From Candidatus Woesebacteria bacterium RIFCSPHIGHO2_01_FULL_39_23 (GTDB lineage: Bacteria > Patescibacteriota > Microgenomatia > UBA8517): 64,000 nucleotides of DNA. Numbering within the stretch: the stretch's first letter is position 1; each line of letters begins with the position of its first letter. Of this stretch, positions 18,799 through 29,084 are shown in pieces. The stretch covers positions 34,347 through 98,346 of the forward strand of contig MGGH01000023.1 in the NCBI GenBank assembly GCA_001792305.1, read 5' to 3'. Both the position numbers and the translations under genes were made by a program. The notes beneath the pieces are model-generated. The model worked only from the letters and a program-made list of their open reading frames with translations, had not been told where the DNA came from and ran no database searches.

Positions 18799-19497
18799 AT
18801 GTCAGGTGAACCGACAGGCGAGGTAAGACCTGAAAATAGCGATGCTTCGATTAAAGTACGGGTAGTTTCTCAAAATGAACTATTTAGAATGAGCAATAGA
18901 GCACTGGATCTGGTTGAAGTAGATATCGAGAAAAACGTATATTGGCTAGAAACAGATGGGAAAACGCCAATTTTGAATAAGGGAGCTGGGCCCTGCTTAA
19001 TAATGTTTGTCAAAAATATTGGTGATGGCACTATAATTTCAGGACACTTTTCGGGTAGAATTGCTGACCATCAACTTAGCCAAGAAATATTAAAAACGCA
19101 TCTTAAAAAAGTACAAAAAGAGATTCCTAACGAGGGAGACGAAATATTAATTCATAGCCAGCAAGAACTTGATAATCTTGCGATTTCAGATAAAGAAATG
19201 TACAGGTCTTATTTGGCTTTGCTTGATAGAATTAAAGAGTTTTGTTCTGAGGCAGGAGAAGCCAGGATTGAAATATATCTTTTTGGTCAAAATTATTGGA
19301 GGTTGGTTTCGGAACCGGACGAAATTGGAGGATTAACGGAAAATATAATTCAAAGGCAAAATGTGGTGACTGATTTGGAGAGGTTAGGTGTTAAACCCCC
19401 AAGAATATTTGATTACAGGGATCTGAAGAGATTGGAGGGAACAGACGACACATTGTTTCTGCCCGAAGAAGATGTAATTTTACACGCTACTGGATAA
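18799..19497 (+). CDS. Hypothetical protein with a CheD/CNF1-like Cys-His motif
   Basis: NKGAGPCLIMFVKN...ISGHF resembles the CheD motif (GxC...H); extended -10 TGgTACAAT 6 nt upstream. Confidence 0.55.
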   Translation: MSGEPTGEVRPENSDASIKVRVVSQNELFRMSNRALDLVEVDIEKNVYWLETDGKTPILNKGAGPCLIMFVKNIGDGTIISGHFSGRIADHQLSQEILKTHLKKVQKEIPNEGDEILIHSQQELDNLAISDKEMYRSYLALLDRIKEFCSEAGEARIEIYLFGQNYWRLVSEPDEIGGLTENIIQRQNVVTDLERLGVKPPRIFDYRDLKRLEGTDDTLFLPEEDVILHATG

Positions 19498-19505
19498 GAC
19501 TATTT

Positions 19506-21332
19506 TTATTCAAAATTGTACTCTGTTATTCTTTTTTTAATGTAGCCGTTATCAGTTTCGATTAACTCCTCCGGAATATCAGTCAAAAACCGGCTGGGGG
19601 GATTTGAGGACGTTTGGCCGAAATAAAGACGGCGGGAGGCGTAAGTTAGATAAAGAATTTCTTTTGCGCGAGTGATACCTACATATGCGAGCCGCCTTTC
19701 TTCTTCCATCCCGTCTTGTTCCCATAAAGATTGTGCATGTGGGAAAAGTCCCTCTTCCATACCGATAATAAATACAACTTTAAATTCCAGTCCTTTTGAA
19801 GCATGTAATGTCATTAGGGTAACAGCATCTTTATTTTTTTCGCCATTTAATGGATCATCTGGCAGATATTCTTGTTGAACAAGTGCGACGTTTTCCAAAA
19901 AGTCGTGGATTTTGGGAAACTCGCTAGCAACGGACCTGAGCTCTTTGATGTTTTCAAGGCGCGCATAGTCTTCGGTTGATTCAGGATTAAATTTTTCTAA
20001 ATATCTTGTGATACTCACCACTTCGTCCATCAGCTCAAGGGTGGTTTTGGCGTTTAAAGGTTTAATTTTTACAGAGTATTTTTTAAACTCATCAAATCTT
20101 CTTTTACCGATTTTTTCTACCCGCTTGGTTGAAACATGATCTTTGGGGTTAACAAGCAGTCGTAAATAGGAAAGTACGTCCTTTATTTCGGCCCGCTCGT
20201 AAAATTTCACACCACCAACCAGTACGTAAGGAATTCCTGCGTGCAAAAAAGCTTCTTCCAAAACTCGTGATTGGGCATTAGTCCTGTATAAAATTGCTAT
20301 GTCTTTATAGCTTAAATTATTTTTTAAAATTTCATTGATTATATATGTCGCTTCTTCCGACCCGCTTCTGGCAGAATAGATTTTTATTTTTGGTCCGCCC
20401 TTTTTCTTTGTCCAAAGTTTCAAGACCGGGTGAGTTGTATTTTTTGAAATAACACTGTTTGCCGCAAGCAGAATGACTTCTGAAGACCTGTAATTTTCCT
20501 CAAGATTGACAATTTTGATACCTGGAAAGTCATTAATTAAATTTGCAATGTTTCGGAAATCTGCGCCTCTCCATGAATATATTGATTGGCTTGCATCGCC
20601 TACGGCAGTTATATTCTTGTTTTTTGATACAAGCAATTTGGTGAGCAAGTATTGTATTTTGTTTGTATCCTGCCATTCATCCACTAAAACATAAGTGAGC
20701 CTATTTTCCCATTTATTTAAAGTAGGCGGATCATTTTTTAGAAGATCGACTGTGTGCAGTAGAAGGTCATTAAAATCCAGTGCGTCGGCTTTTTTGAGAG
20801 CTTTTTCGTATTCAAGATAAATTTTGAAAGTTTTTTCCTGCATTGGTGTTTTTGCGATCTCCGCATACATAAGGGGGGTCAACATTTGGTTCTTCGCCGA
20901 ATCTATGGAGGAAAGAACCGATCCGGGACTCACGGATTTATCCGAAATATTTAAGACTTTTATAATGTCTTTTATTAAGTCCTTTTGATCTTGTGTGTCA
21001 TATATGATGAAGTTTCTGTTTATTCCTATTTTTTCCCCGTCTATGCGAAGCAGCCGTGCGCAAAAAGAGTGGAAAGTTCCCGTAAAAAATGGAAAGGTGC
21101 CGGTAATTTTTTCTACTCTTTCTTTCATTTCCCCCGCAGCTTTGTTAGTGAAAGTTAGAAGTAACAAGTTTTCTGGTCTTGCCCATTTTTGCGAAAGCAC
21201 ATATGCGGCTCTTTGTGTTAGTACCCTTGTCTTGCCGCTTCCAGCACCAGCGAGGACCAGTAGTGGTCCACTGCCGTAACTTACAGCTTCTTGTTGTGCA
21301 GTATTGAGTTGATCTAAAATAGATTTCGTTAT
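19506..21332 (-). CDS. pcrA: ATP-dependent DNA helicase PcrA/UvrD
   Basis: Frame stays open upstream of the track's GTG (21200) through LNTAQQEAV and Walker A LAGAGSGKT; in-frame TAG at 21362-21360; candidate start ATA 21332 (or ATT 21320). Confidence 0.9.
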   Translation of the reverse strand: MTKSILDQLNTAQQEAVSYGSGPLLVLAGAGSGKTRVLTQRAAYVLSQKWARPENLLLLTFTNKAAGEMKERVEKITGTFPFFTGTFHSFCARLLRIDGEKIGINRNFIIYDTQDQKDLIKDIIKVLNISDKSVSPGSVLSSIDSAKNQMLTPLMYAEIAKTPMQEKTFKIYLEYEKALKKADALDFNDLLLHTVDLLKNDPPTLNKWENRLTYVLVDEWQDTNKIQYLLTKLLVSKNKNITAVGDASQSIYSWRGADFRNIANLINDFPGIKIVNLEENYRSSEVILLAANSVISKNTTHPVLKLWTKKKGGPKIKIYSARSGSEEATYIINEILKNNLSYKDIAILYRTNAQSRVLEEAFLHAGIPYVLVGGVKFYERAEIKDVLSYLRLLVNPKDHVSTKRVEKIGKRRFDEFKKYSVKIKPLNAKTTLELMDEVVSITRYLEKFNPESTEDYARLENIKELRSVASEFPKIHDFLENVALVQQEYLPDDPLNGEKNKDAVTLMTLHASKGLEFKVVFIIGMEEGLFPHAQSLWEQDGMEEERRLAYVGITRAKEILYLTYASRRLYFGQTSSNPPSRFLTDIPEELIETDNGYIKKRITEYNFE

Positions 21333-21349
21333 ACGTTTTTGATTGTAAC

Positions 21350-22405
21350 ATGGCGAGATCTAAATTTTTCTTTACAAAATTCAAGCGAAAATTTTTGAGC
21401 CACTTGTGGTTGGCAAGGATTATAATTATTTTGGGGGTGTTGTGTGTGGTGTTCCTGGGTGTTGTCGGGATTGCCTCGGTTGTTAAGAAGACCCCGCTTT
21501 CAGACTATATCGATATTGTGACTGCTTTTGTGTTTTCACCAAAAGACAAAGTGAAAAATTTTGACGGTAGGACAAATATTTTGATTCTTGGCAAGGGTGG
21601 TGAAGGCCACGAGGCACCAGATCTTACCGACACCTTAGTTTTAGCCTCAGTCGATTTTGATAAAAATGCAGTTTCGTTTCTATCTATTCCTAGAGACATT
21701 TGGATAGAGTCTTTGAGGATTAAGTTGAATAGTGCTTATTATTGGGGAAACGAAAGACAAGAAAATGGAGGACTGATTCTTGCTAAATCATCTGTCGAGG
21801 AAATCATTGGTTCACCAGTGCACTACGCCGTGGTTATTGACTTTGTTTTATTTAAGGATTTGATTGACGAGGTGGGTGGAATAGAAGTGGACGTGGAGGA
21901 TTCGTTTGTGGATCATCGATATCCCATTCCTGGGCGGGAAAATGATGAGTGTGACGATGATCCTAAGTTTTTGTGTAGATATGAAACAATCGAGTTTAGG
22001 AAAGGCTTGCAATTTATGGATGGTGATACTGCTCTAAAATTTGTCCGTTCAAGAAATGCCGAAGGGGACGAGGGGACGGATATTGCAAGATCCAAGAGGC
22101 AGCAGAAGGTGATTTTGTCTTTAAAAAACGAAATTCTAAGCTGGAACATTATTTTCTCATTCAATAAGTTGTCGAACATAAAAGAATTGGTGGGATCAAG
22201 GACGGAAACAGATATGGATACAATTGCGTCGGTAATTGTTGCAAGGAAGATTTTTGACGCGAGAAATAACTTTAGGACTTTAAGCATTCCCGAAGAATTC
22301 TTGGAGGTAGCGCCAAAGTCTCCCGACTTCGACAATCTTTACGTATTCATACCGAGTGCTGGTAATTGGATGGAACTTCAAAGGTGGATAAAAAGCAATA
22401 TCTGA
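21350..22405 (+). CDS. LytR-CpsA-Psr (LCP) family phosphotransferase
   Basis: NILILG, LTDTL, SIPRD, KLNSAY, ALKFVRSR, DIARSKRQQ. Confidence 0.93.
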   Translation: MARSKFFFTKFKRKFLSHLWLARIIIILGVLCVVFLGVVGIASVVKKTPLSDYIDIVTAFVFSPKDKVKNFDGRTNILILGKGGEGHEAPDLTDTLVLASVDFDKNAVSFLSIPRDIWIESLRIKLNSAYYWGNERQENGGLILAKSSVEEIIGSPVHYAVVIDFVLFKDLIDEVGGIEVDVEDSFVDHRYPIPGRENDECDDDPKFLCRYETIEFRKGLQFMDGDTALKFVRSRNAEGDEGTDIARSKRQQKVILSLKNEILSWNIIFSFNKLSNIKELVGSRTETDMDTIASVIVARKIFDARNNFRTLSIPEEFLEVAPKSPDFDNLYVFIPSAGNWMELQRWIKSNI

Positions 22406-23880
22406 TTTTAGCAGTAGTTTGTTTACTTTACCTTATTTTCCGATTAGGGTGGCAAGATACTATTGAGTTTGGATATGACCAGCCGCTGTTGGCTTCTAAG
22501 GTTATTGAATTTTTTAAAAACCCTAACTGGATTGAAAGTTATGAATTTGTTGGGACAAATCCCTGGGGGTTTCCATCTTGGGGGCCGATGCAACTCTTTT
22601 TCTGGGTCCCTTTTATTTTGATGTCCCGAGACCCAATAATTCTTTCCTTGTCGGCTGCGGTTTTTAATATGTTAAGTATTATCCTTATTTTCATAATCGG
22701 GAAAAGATATTTTTCTTTGAAAGTTGCTGTTTTTTCCTCACTTTTTCTGGCTATTCACCCTTGGTGGGTGGTTTTCTCGAGAATGATTTATGAACCTACG
22801 CCCGTGCCCACTATTATTGCTTTTTCAATACTCTTAAGTTTTTATGTTTTTGAGAAAAAGAAAACTTCAGTGGTTGTGTTGCTTATTATTTCATGGGCAG
22901 CTCTTATACAAATATATATTCATACGTTTTCTTTTGTGGTGACAAGTGTTTTGTTTTTACTCGCCAGCATAAAGAAAACTTCCAAAAAGTACATGGTCCT
23001 TGGATTTTTATTATCACTCCTCCTTTTTCTGCCTGTTTTTCATTACTACGTCAAATATCCTGATCGTAGTCTTGATCTATTAAAGGTTTTGGAAGAATTT
23101 AACAAGGGGGATTTGGAGTCAGGGCATTCCACTCGAGACGTTTTACCCGAATTTTTAAAGACAATTTCAGGAGATGGATTCGAATGGCAACTTGGCTATG
23201 CATATCCCGAGTTTCAGAAAGAATTGAAAATTGCTGCCCCTGCTATTTTAGCCACAATTACAACATTGGCCGTATTAATCTATGGTTTTATCAGCGTTTT
23301 CGAAAAAGGTTACGGAAAACATAAAACAATACTTCTTTTATTGTGGACTCTGGCTCCGGTCTGGTTTCTCTTTTTGATAAATACGCCCATTGCACTTCCG
23401 CGCTACTTTTTAATGAGTTTGCCACCTTTATCAATTCTTTTTGGCTTAGCAGTCGAGAAGTTTTATACCAAAGTAAAATATTTTACTTTGATTGCCGCTC
23501 TTTTTGTGTTATTTTGGTGGCTGGTGTTTAATGCTATTTATTTATCGTTTATAGGGAATTACAAATACCCGAGCGGCTTTTTGAGTCATTATTCGGATGT
23601 CCCTTATCTGTTTTTAAAAGATGCGGTATTGTGGATTATTGAGGATTCAGCAAAGAAAGGATACATTGAGTTTACCATTAGTAACGATATTAATAAACCC
23701 TACGAGTTCAGCCTAAATGCAGCAACAGAATATGTTTTGAAGTATGTTTACGAAATAGAATTTAGAGATGCTGGAAGTATGAATATTGGACATTATTTGT
23801 TGATTTATTCGAACGAATCTATTGACGTAACTGTTCTAAAACAATTTGGTCCTTATATAGTAGCTTACCCAAAAATATAG
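22366..23880 (+). CDS. GT-C (ArnT/PMT-like) glycosyltransferase
   Basis: FGYDQ, multiple TMs, FSRMIYEP, PRYF; exact start uncertain. Confidence 0.75.
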   Translation: MDGTSKVDKKQYLILAVVCLLYLIFRLGWQDTIEFGYDQPLLASKVIEFFKNPNWIESYEFVGTNPWGFPSWGPMQLFFWVPFILMSRDPIILSLSAAVFNMLSIILIFIIGKRYFSLKVAVFSSLFLAIHPWWVVFSRMIYEPTPVPTIIAFSILLSFYVFEKKKTSVVVLLIISWAALIQIYIHTFSFVVTSVLFLLASIKKTSKKYMVLGFLLSLLLFLPVFHYYVKYPDRSLDLLKVLEEFNKGDLESGHSTRDVLPEFLKTISGDGFEWQLGYAYPEFQKELKIAAPAILATITTLAVLIYGFISVFEKGYGKHKTILLLLWTLAPVWFLFLINTPIALPRYFLMSLPPLSILFGLAVEKFYTKVKYFTLIAALFVLFWWLVFNAIYLSFIGNYKYPSGFLSHYSDVPYLFLKDAVLWIIEDSAKKGYIEFTISNDINKPYEFSLNAATEYVLKYVYEIEFRDAGSMNIGHYLLIYSNESIDVTVLKQFGPYIVAYPKI

Positions 23881-23881
23881 T

Positions 23882-24943
23882 TTAGAAAGCCCATCTTCCA
23901 AGGTAGAAAGCGTTGGTATAAAAAATTAGAAGGATAGAGGACAATAATACCCAAACGACTTTAAATAGCTTATATTTCAAAAGTAACTGGAGAATTATAA
24001 GGAAGGGAAACATAGATAAAATATATCTCGGGGCACTTAGTATAAATCCCGTGGAGGTAAAAAGCAGAGTACTCAAAAACATAAAAATAAAATAAGCAAA
24101 GTTAATATTGGATCTTTTAAATAGTGTTAATAGACTAAAAATCCAAGCTAAGAAAGACGAAAGACCCTCGAAAAGACCTGCTGTGACCCTTTGATAGGTA
24201 TCCCAGTCGAAGTGGGTCATTAGTTTAAAGCTTTTAGTAATTCCTTCCCAGGGCAATGCAAAAGACTTTTGCCAGTAGTTTTTAAGAAAAAGTGAGAAGG
24301 AAAAAGGATCCTGGTTCAATTTGAAATTTAAGTATAAATAATAAATCGGGAAAATTAATCCCGGCAAGACATAAATCAATTTACTAATATTTTTTGTCTT
24401 AAGAAGGAGATAAAGAATTGCCGGAAAGATAAATATTCCCGTTGGTCTTGTAATCGATGCCAAGCCTGCAAATAAAAAACCCAACAAAAAATTACTTTTT
24501 CTGGCAAAATAAAAAGAAACCGCTGTCAAAAACAAAAAAAGTGATTCCGGATACCCGGCTGAAAAAAAGTATGAGGTGGGAAAAAGCGAAATTAAGATTA
24601 CAACTTCTTTTGAAAACTTCTCTTCGTAATCAATTTTAAGTAACTTATATAAAATTAGACTACCTAGGATAAAGAAAATGTTTGATACAAAAAAGGCGAT
24701 GGTCTCCGTTTGCAGTCCCAAAAAACTAAAAAATCTCAAAATAGTTGGAAACAAAGGTAGAAAAACTATAAACTCGCTACCGACGAGGTTTTGTGGGACA
24801 TAACCGTTTTCGGCTATAAATCTATAGCTATTTCCGTCCCATCTCTCACCCAGAGTCGATATTACAAACTCACCATTTATGAAAAATAGCGAGACAAAGA
24901 GCACAAGCCTTGTTGATATTAAAAATATTAATAACTTACCCAT
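23882..24943 (-). CDS. GT-C mannosyltransferase (PIG-V-like)
   Basis: RWDGNSY, FLPLFP, YPESLF, TRPTG, PRY. Confidence 0.8.
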   Translation of the reverse strand: MGKLLIFLISTRLVLFVSLFFINGEFVISTLGERWDGNSYRFIAENGYVPQNLVGSEFIVFLPLFPTILRFFSFLGLQTETIAFFVSNIFFILGSLILYKLLKIDYEEKFSKEVVILISLFPTSYFFSAGYPESLFLFLTAVSFYFARKSNFLLGFLFAGLASITRPTGIFIFPAILYLLLKTKNISKLIYVLPGLIFPIYYLYLNFKLNQDPFSFSLFLKNYWQKSFALPWEGITKSFKLMTHFDWDTYQRVTAGLFEGLSSFLAWIFSLLTLFKRSNINFAYFIFMFLSTLLFTSTGFILSAPRYILSMFPFLIILQLLLKYKLFKVVWVLLSSILLIFYTNAFYLGRWAF

Positions 24944-26082
24944 CCGAATTTATTTATCCAAAGAACTCCCCAAAAGTTAACTCCAACCGAAATGAAAAGT
25001 AGTAGCCAATGGTGCCACTTAAGGTCAGTCTTTGTAACATTTTTAATTATTAGAAAGATTAGGAAAGGGTAAAAGTCTACCGCAAAACGGTAGCCGAATT
25101 GAGCAAAGCCTGTGGTGCCGTGCATAAAAACAACAGATGCTATTGCCAAAATTGTCAGCCAGAAAGGCACGGCCCATTTTTGTCTAATAGTTTTTATTGA
25201 ATAAATGAAAGCGGGTGTGGTGATCCAGATGGCCATACCTGACCAGGACGGTTGAATGTAGGGGAAAGTGTTTTTAATAACAGGGAGTCCTTTAAATATA
25301 ACTTCCAAATGCCTGCCAATGTATGAGGGGTGAAATAAACCGTTTTGGTACCATGGTTCCTCGAAAATTTCAGGGATAAGTAGATATCCTTTATCCCAAA
25401 TGACTCCAAACCGGGCATAGTTATACAAAGAATTAAACATTAGAAACGGCAGAAAGCCAACTACAATCTGAAAAACATCTTTAAGAAAGGAACTCTTTCT
25501 GTCCTTTGCGATAAGATAAATAAATAAAGGCAGTGCGAGGACTGTGTGGATTCTTGATAGATACGAGGCACCAAGAAATGTTCCAATTATTAGCCCTCTT
25601 TTTTTACCCGCTACCTCAAGGAGTGCAAACAACATGAAAAACATCGCGGATATTTGTCCCAGATACCACGACGATCCAACTGATGAAAGAAACCAAACAA
25701 CACTTCCAAGCCCAACTAAAGTACCTGACCAAAAGGCAACTTTGTAGTTGCTTTTGATTCTCAATGCAAGCTTGACTGTTAATAAGACTATACCTGCACC
25801 CATCAGGTGGGCTAGAATTTGCTGAGGAAAATCCTTTCCAAAAATGGCGACAAAGGGAAGAGAAGCTATAGCTGGCATTGGCGGATAAACGATGTAAAAT
25901 TTGTTTGAGCCGCCTGGAACCAATTCGGACAGCCAGGGTGGATTTTCGGCTATCCAAAACTGTCCATTTAGAAAAGCAGCTGAAAGTCTCGTAAAATAGT
26001 TATAGGGAGTGTTACCTACTGGTCCGAACAATTTATAAATGACAAAAGTAAGTATAAAAATCGGCAAGAAAAGTTTTTTCAT
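24928..26082 (-). CDS. GT-C-like polytopic membrane protein
   Basis: YPPMPA, YNYARFG, FGYRFAVDFYP, multiple TMs. Confidence 0.7.
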   Translation of the reverse strand: MKKLFLPIFILTFVIYKLFGPVGNTPYNYFTRLSAAFLNGQFWIAENPPWLSELVPGGSNKFYIVYPPMPAIASLPFVAIFGKDFPQQILAHLMGAGIVLLTVKLALRIKSNYKVAFWSGTLVGLGSVVWFLSSVGSSWYLGQISAMFFMLFALLEVAGKKRGLIIGTFLGASYLSRIHTVLALPLFIYLIAKDRKSSFLKDVFQIVVGFLPFLMFNSLYNYARFGVIWDKGYLLIPEIFEEPWYQNGLFHPSYIGRHLEVIFKGLPVIKNTFPYIQPSWSGMAIWITTPAFIYSIKTIRQKWAVPFWLTILAIASVVFMHGTTGFAQFGYRFAVDFYPFLIFLIIKNVTKTDLKWHHWLLLFISVGVNFWGVLWINKFGWVSY

Positions 26083-28537
26083 TAGTAATATTTTACTATT
26101 AATTTTTGCTGCGTTTATAATCCGGATTTTATTATCACCATTTGGTACCTTGGATCTTGACCAAAATACATTTATTGCCTGGAGTAATATTTTAACCGAA
26201 GGTGGTTTTAAAAGCTTTTATAATAGCTGGTCGGATTATCTTCCAGGATACCTTTATGTTTTGTGGTTTTTGGCTAAAATTGGAAATCTCCTGCCCATTC
26301 CAACGGAAGTGCTGTTTAAACTTCCCGCGCTTATTTCCGATCTTGCCACAGGCTACTTAATTTACCATATTGTAATGAGATTAAAAGGTGAAAAGCTAGG
26401 GTTTGTTGCCGCGTCAATTTTTTTGTTTAACCCTGCAGTATTGTCTAATTCTAGCCTCTGGGGTCAGATAGATAGTCTTACCTCTTTATTTTCTCTTCTT
26501 TCGATTTTATTTTTTGGAAAAAATATTTACCTTTCGGCTTTTTTCTTGTCGTTTGGGTTTATGGTTAAACCCCAAGCTGCATTAGCAGCACCTGTTATTT
26601 TGTTTTTAATGGCTAAAAATAGGTTTGCTGCGAAAAATTTTTTTCTTTTTTCAGCTTTAGTTTTAATATTTTTGACTCTGGGATTTTTGCCCTTTTTCTC
26701 GGGCGGGAACTTAGCTGAATTTATTATTCAAAGGGTAAAGATGACTTTGGGTCAATATCCGTATAGTTCGATTAATGCTTTCAACTTTTGGGGTTTGCGT
26801 GGTTTTTGGAAAAGCGAAGGTGAGGGGATATTCACAACAGGTTTTTGGGGCTTGCTTTTTTCGGGTTTTGTCGGTTTGGTCTCCATTTTCAAGCTTGTGC
26901 GATCTAAAAAACCAGGAGGAGAGTACTACTTAGCTGCGATACTTTTTATATCTAATTTTTTGTTTTTCAGCCGAATGCACGAGAGGCATCTTATGCCCTC
27001 ATTTGCCTATCTTGCTATTGTCTCCGTTCTTGACTGGAGAATTGTTTTTTCATACATCGCTCTTTCTTTTACCTATATTATGAATACAATATATTCTTAT
27101 ACATGGATAGTCGAAGACTTTAAGGAAATTTTTACAGGTGATTTAGTAAAAGTTTTTATTATTGGAAACCTGCTGGTTTTTGGTAACCTGATTCTGCAAG
27201 GTTTTAAGAAAAAAAGCGATCAATTTCCAAGTTTTAATATATCTACTCCCTTCCGGAAAAAACCAGTTGATATTAAATTTGGCGATATAGCCAAAAATAC
27301 GGCTTCAAAGCTGGTGCTTCTTATTCTTTTGTTTTCCGCCATAACAAGAATATTTTATCTTCACCAACCGCAAAAAGAGTATTTTGATGAAGTCTATCAC
27401 GCCTTTACGGCGAGGCAGATGCTCTCTGGTAATACTTTTGCCTGGGAGTGGTGGAATCCTCATCCCGAAGGCTTTGCTTACGAGTGGACACATCCGCCTA
27501 TGGCAAAGCTAATTATGGCAGCCGGGATGTACATTTTTGGCGTGAATCAGCTTGGTTGGAGATTGCCTGGAGCGATCTTTGGTGTGCTTGCAACACTTCT
27601 AATTTTTTTGATCTCAAAGTCAATTTTTAGAAACAGGAGTATTGCAGTACTTAGTGCATTCATTTTTTCACTGGAGGGCCTACCTCTGGTCATGAGCAGA
27701 ATAGGGATGAATGATATTTACTTTCTTACTTTTATGTTGCTCTCAATTTACCTTTTCATTAAGACCAAAAATTTTGCGTCAAGTATTTCTTTGGGGCTCG
27801 CTGCCGCCTCAAAATGGAGCACACTGTGGGCTTTACCTATTTTTCTAATCATACACTTTGCCTTGAAGAAAAAAATTAGGCTGTCTTACTTGTGGTTTTT
27901 GGTGATGCCGGTTTTGGTTTATCTGTTATCTTATTCGCCAATATTTTTAAGTCCAAAAATTCAGAGAGAATATGTTGAAAACACTGGTTACCAAAGAAAC
28001 ATTGACGAAAAGATCGGAATTATTCCTTTGGATATGTTTATTGATACACAGAAGCAAATGTGGTGGTATCACACTAATTTAAAAGCAACTCATCCTTTCA
28101 CTTCTCCATGGTGGAGCTGGCCGTTTTTAAGCCGTCCAGTGTGGGTTTATACTGGAAGCGAAGAGGGTGGTGTAGTAAGTAATATTTATATAATGGGTGA
28201 TCCTCTTGTGTTTTGGTTTGGTATTGTTTCTATTATCGCATGTGGATATTACGCTTTGAGTGAAAGAAATAAAAAGCTCGGGCTAATTGTTTTTTCGTAC
28301 GTTATCTTTTTTGCTCCCTGGGCAGCATCCCCTAGAATTATGTTTTTGTACCATTATCTTCCATCTGTACCGTTTATGGTAATTGCCATAAGCTATGTAC
28401 TTAAAAGAAATTCAAAGTATTTAGTCCCTGTTTTAATAGTATTTGTTTTAAGTTTTATCTATTTTTACCCGCGTTTCTCCGGTATCCCAGTACCACCCCA
28501 ACTAAATGAATCATACAGATGGTTTGATGGTTGGTAA
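26039..28537 (+). CDS. Two-module GT-C protein: GT87-like N-half plus protein O-mannosyltransferase (PMT) C-half
   Basis: DYLPGY, WGQIDS, MHERH; then FDEVYH, HPPMAK, HPFTSPWWSWP, FLYHYLP. Confidence 0.85.
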   Translation: MTKVSIKIGKKSFFISNILLLIFAAFIIRILLSPFGTLDLDQNTFIAWSNILTEGGFKSFYNSWSDYLPGYLYVLWFLAKIGNLLPIPTEVLFKLPALISDLATGYLIYHIVMRLKGEKLGFVAASIFLFNPAVLSNSSLWGQIDSLTSLFSLLSILFFGKNIYLSAFFLSFGFMVKPQAALAAPVILFLMAKNRFAAKNFFLFSALVLIFLTLGFLPFFSGGNLAEFIIQRVKMTLGQYPYSSINAFNFWGLRGFWKSEGEGIFTTGFWGLLFSGFVGLVSIFKLVRSKKPGGEYYLAAILFISNFLFFSRMHERHLMPSFAYLAIVSVLDWRIVFSYIALSFTYIMNTIYSYTWIVEDFKEIFTGDLVKVFIIGNLLVFGNLILQGFKKKSDQFPSFNISTPFRKKPVDIKFGDIAKNTASKLVLLILLFSAITRIFYLHQPQKEYFDEVYHAFTARQMLSGNTFAWEWWNPHPEGFAYEWTHPPMAKLIMAAGMYIFGVNQLGWRLPGAIFGVLATLLIFLISKSIFRNRSIAVLSAFIFSLEGLPLVMSRIGMNDIYFLTFMLLSIYLFIKTKNFASSISLGLAAASKWSTLWALPIFLIIHFALKKKIRLSYLWFLVMPVLVYLLSYSPIFLSPKIQREYVENTGYQRNIDEKIGIIPLDMFIDTQKQMWWYHTNLKATHPFTSPWWSWPFLSRPVWVYTGSEEGGVVSNIYIMGDPLVFWFGIVSIIACGYYALSERNKKLGLIVFSYVIFFAPWAASPRIMFLYHYLPSVPFMVIAISYVLKRNSKYLVPVLIVFVLSFIYFYPRFSGIPVPPQLNESYRWFDGW

Positions 28538-28541
28538 AAGT

Positions 28542-29063
28542 TTACAAGACTAGTGCAATTGCAAAGATGAGAAGTAATCCTCCAAGGCCTATGCCGACCA
28601 AGGTTGGTAAACCGACTCCCGCTTGAGGCAATTCTGGTTGACTGGTTGGGCTTTGGGATGGCGCACTTGTACTCGGTGTTGATGTCGAGCTACTTGTAGG
28701 AGTTGATGTTGACGAACTCGTTGGTGTTGCGGTTGATGAACCGGTGGGTGTACTTGTTGGTGTGTCTGTAGGTGTACTCGTCGGCGTGCCAGTTGGTGTC
28801 GCAGTTGGCGAACTGGTGGATGTACCTGTCGGTGTAGGAGTAGCAATTGTAAATGTCAATTTTGTACAAGATCCGTATTCACACGGAGTTGATGTTGGCG
28901 AGCCTGTTTCCGCATGGGGCTCGCTGGATGGTGCAGTGGGTGCAACAGGCACGCTACGGAGTTGATAAAGCCTTATAGCAGTAAAAATTGCAACACCAGC
29001 CAAGACAATAGTTGCAATTGTGATCGCGAAAGTCAATCCGTTTTTCTTTATAAAGTCCTTCAT
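28542..29063 (-). CDS. Ser/Thr/Pro-rich surface protein with sortase-type LPQAG signal
   Basis: N-terminal TM, TPT repeats, ELPQAG followed by a hydrophobic C-terminus. Confidence 0.75.
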   Translation of the reverse strand: MKDFIKKNGLTFAITIATIVLAGVAIFTAIRLYQLRSVPVAPTAPSSEPHAETGSPTSTPCEYGSCTKLTFTIATPTPTGTSTSSPTATPTGTPTSTPTDTPTSTPTGSSTATPTSSSTSTPTSSSTSTPSTSAPSQSPTSQPELPQAGVGLPTLVGIGLGGLLLIFAIALVL

Positions 29064-29084
29064 TTTATATCAAAATTCTCTCAA

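Noticed and set aside
21145-21384. 79-aa ORF suggesting a frameshifted pcrA N-terminus
   Set aside because: The helicase N-terminal motifs are already in the main pcrA frame, so no frameshift is required.
28660-28845. Quasi-periodic repeats in the LPQAG protein gene
   Set aside because: Explained by TPT/STP peptide repeats with varied codons; not a DNA-level array.
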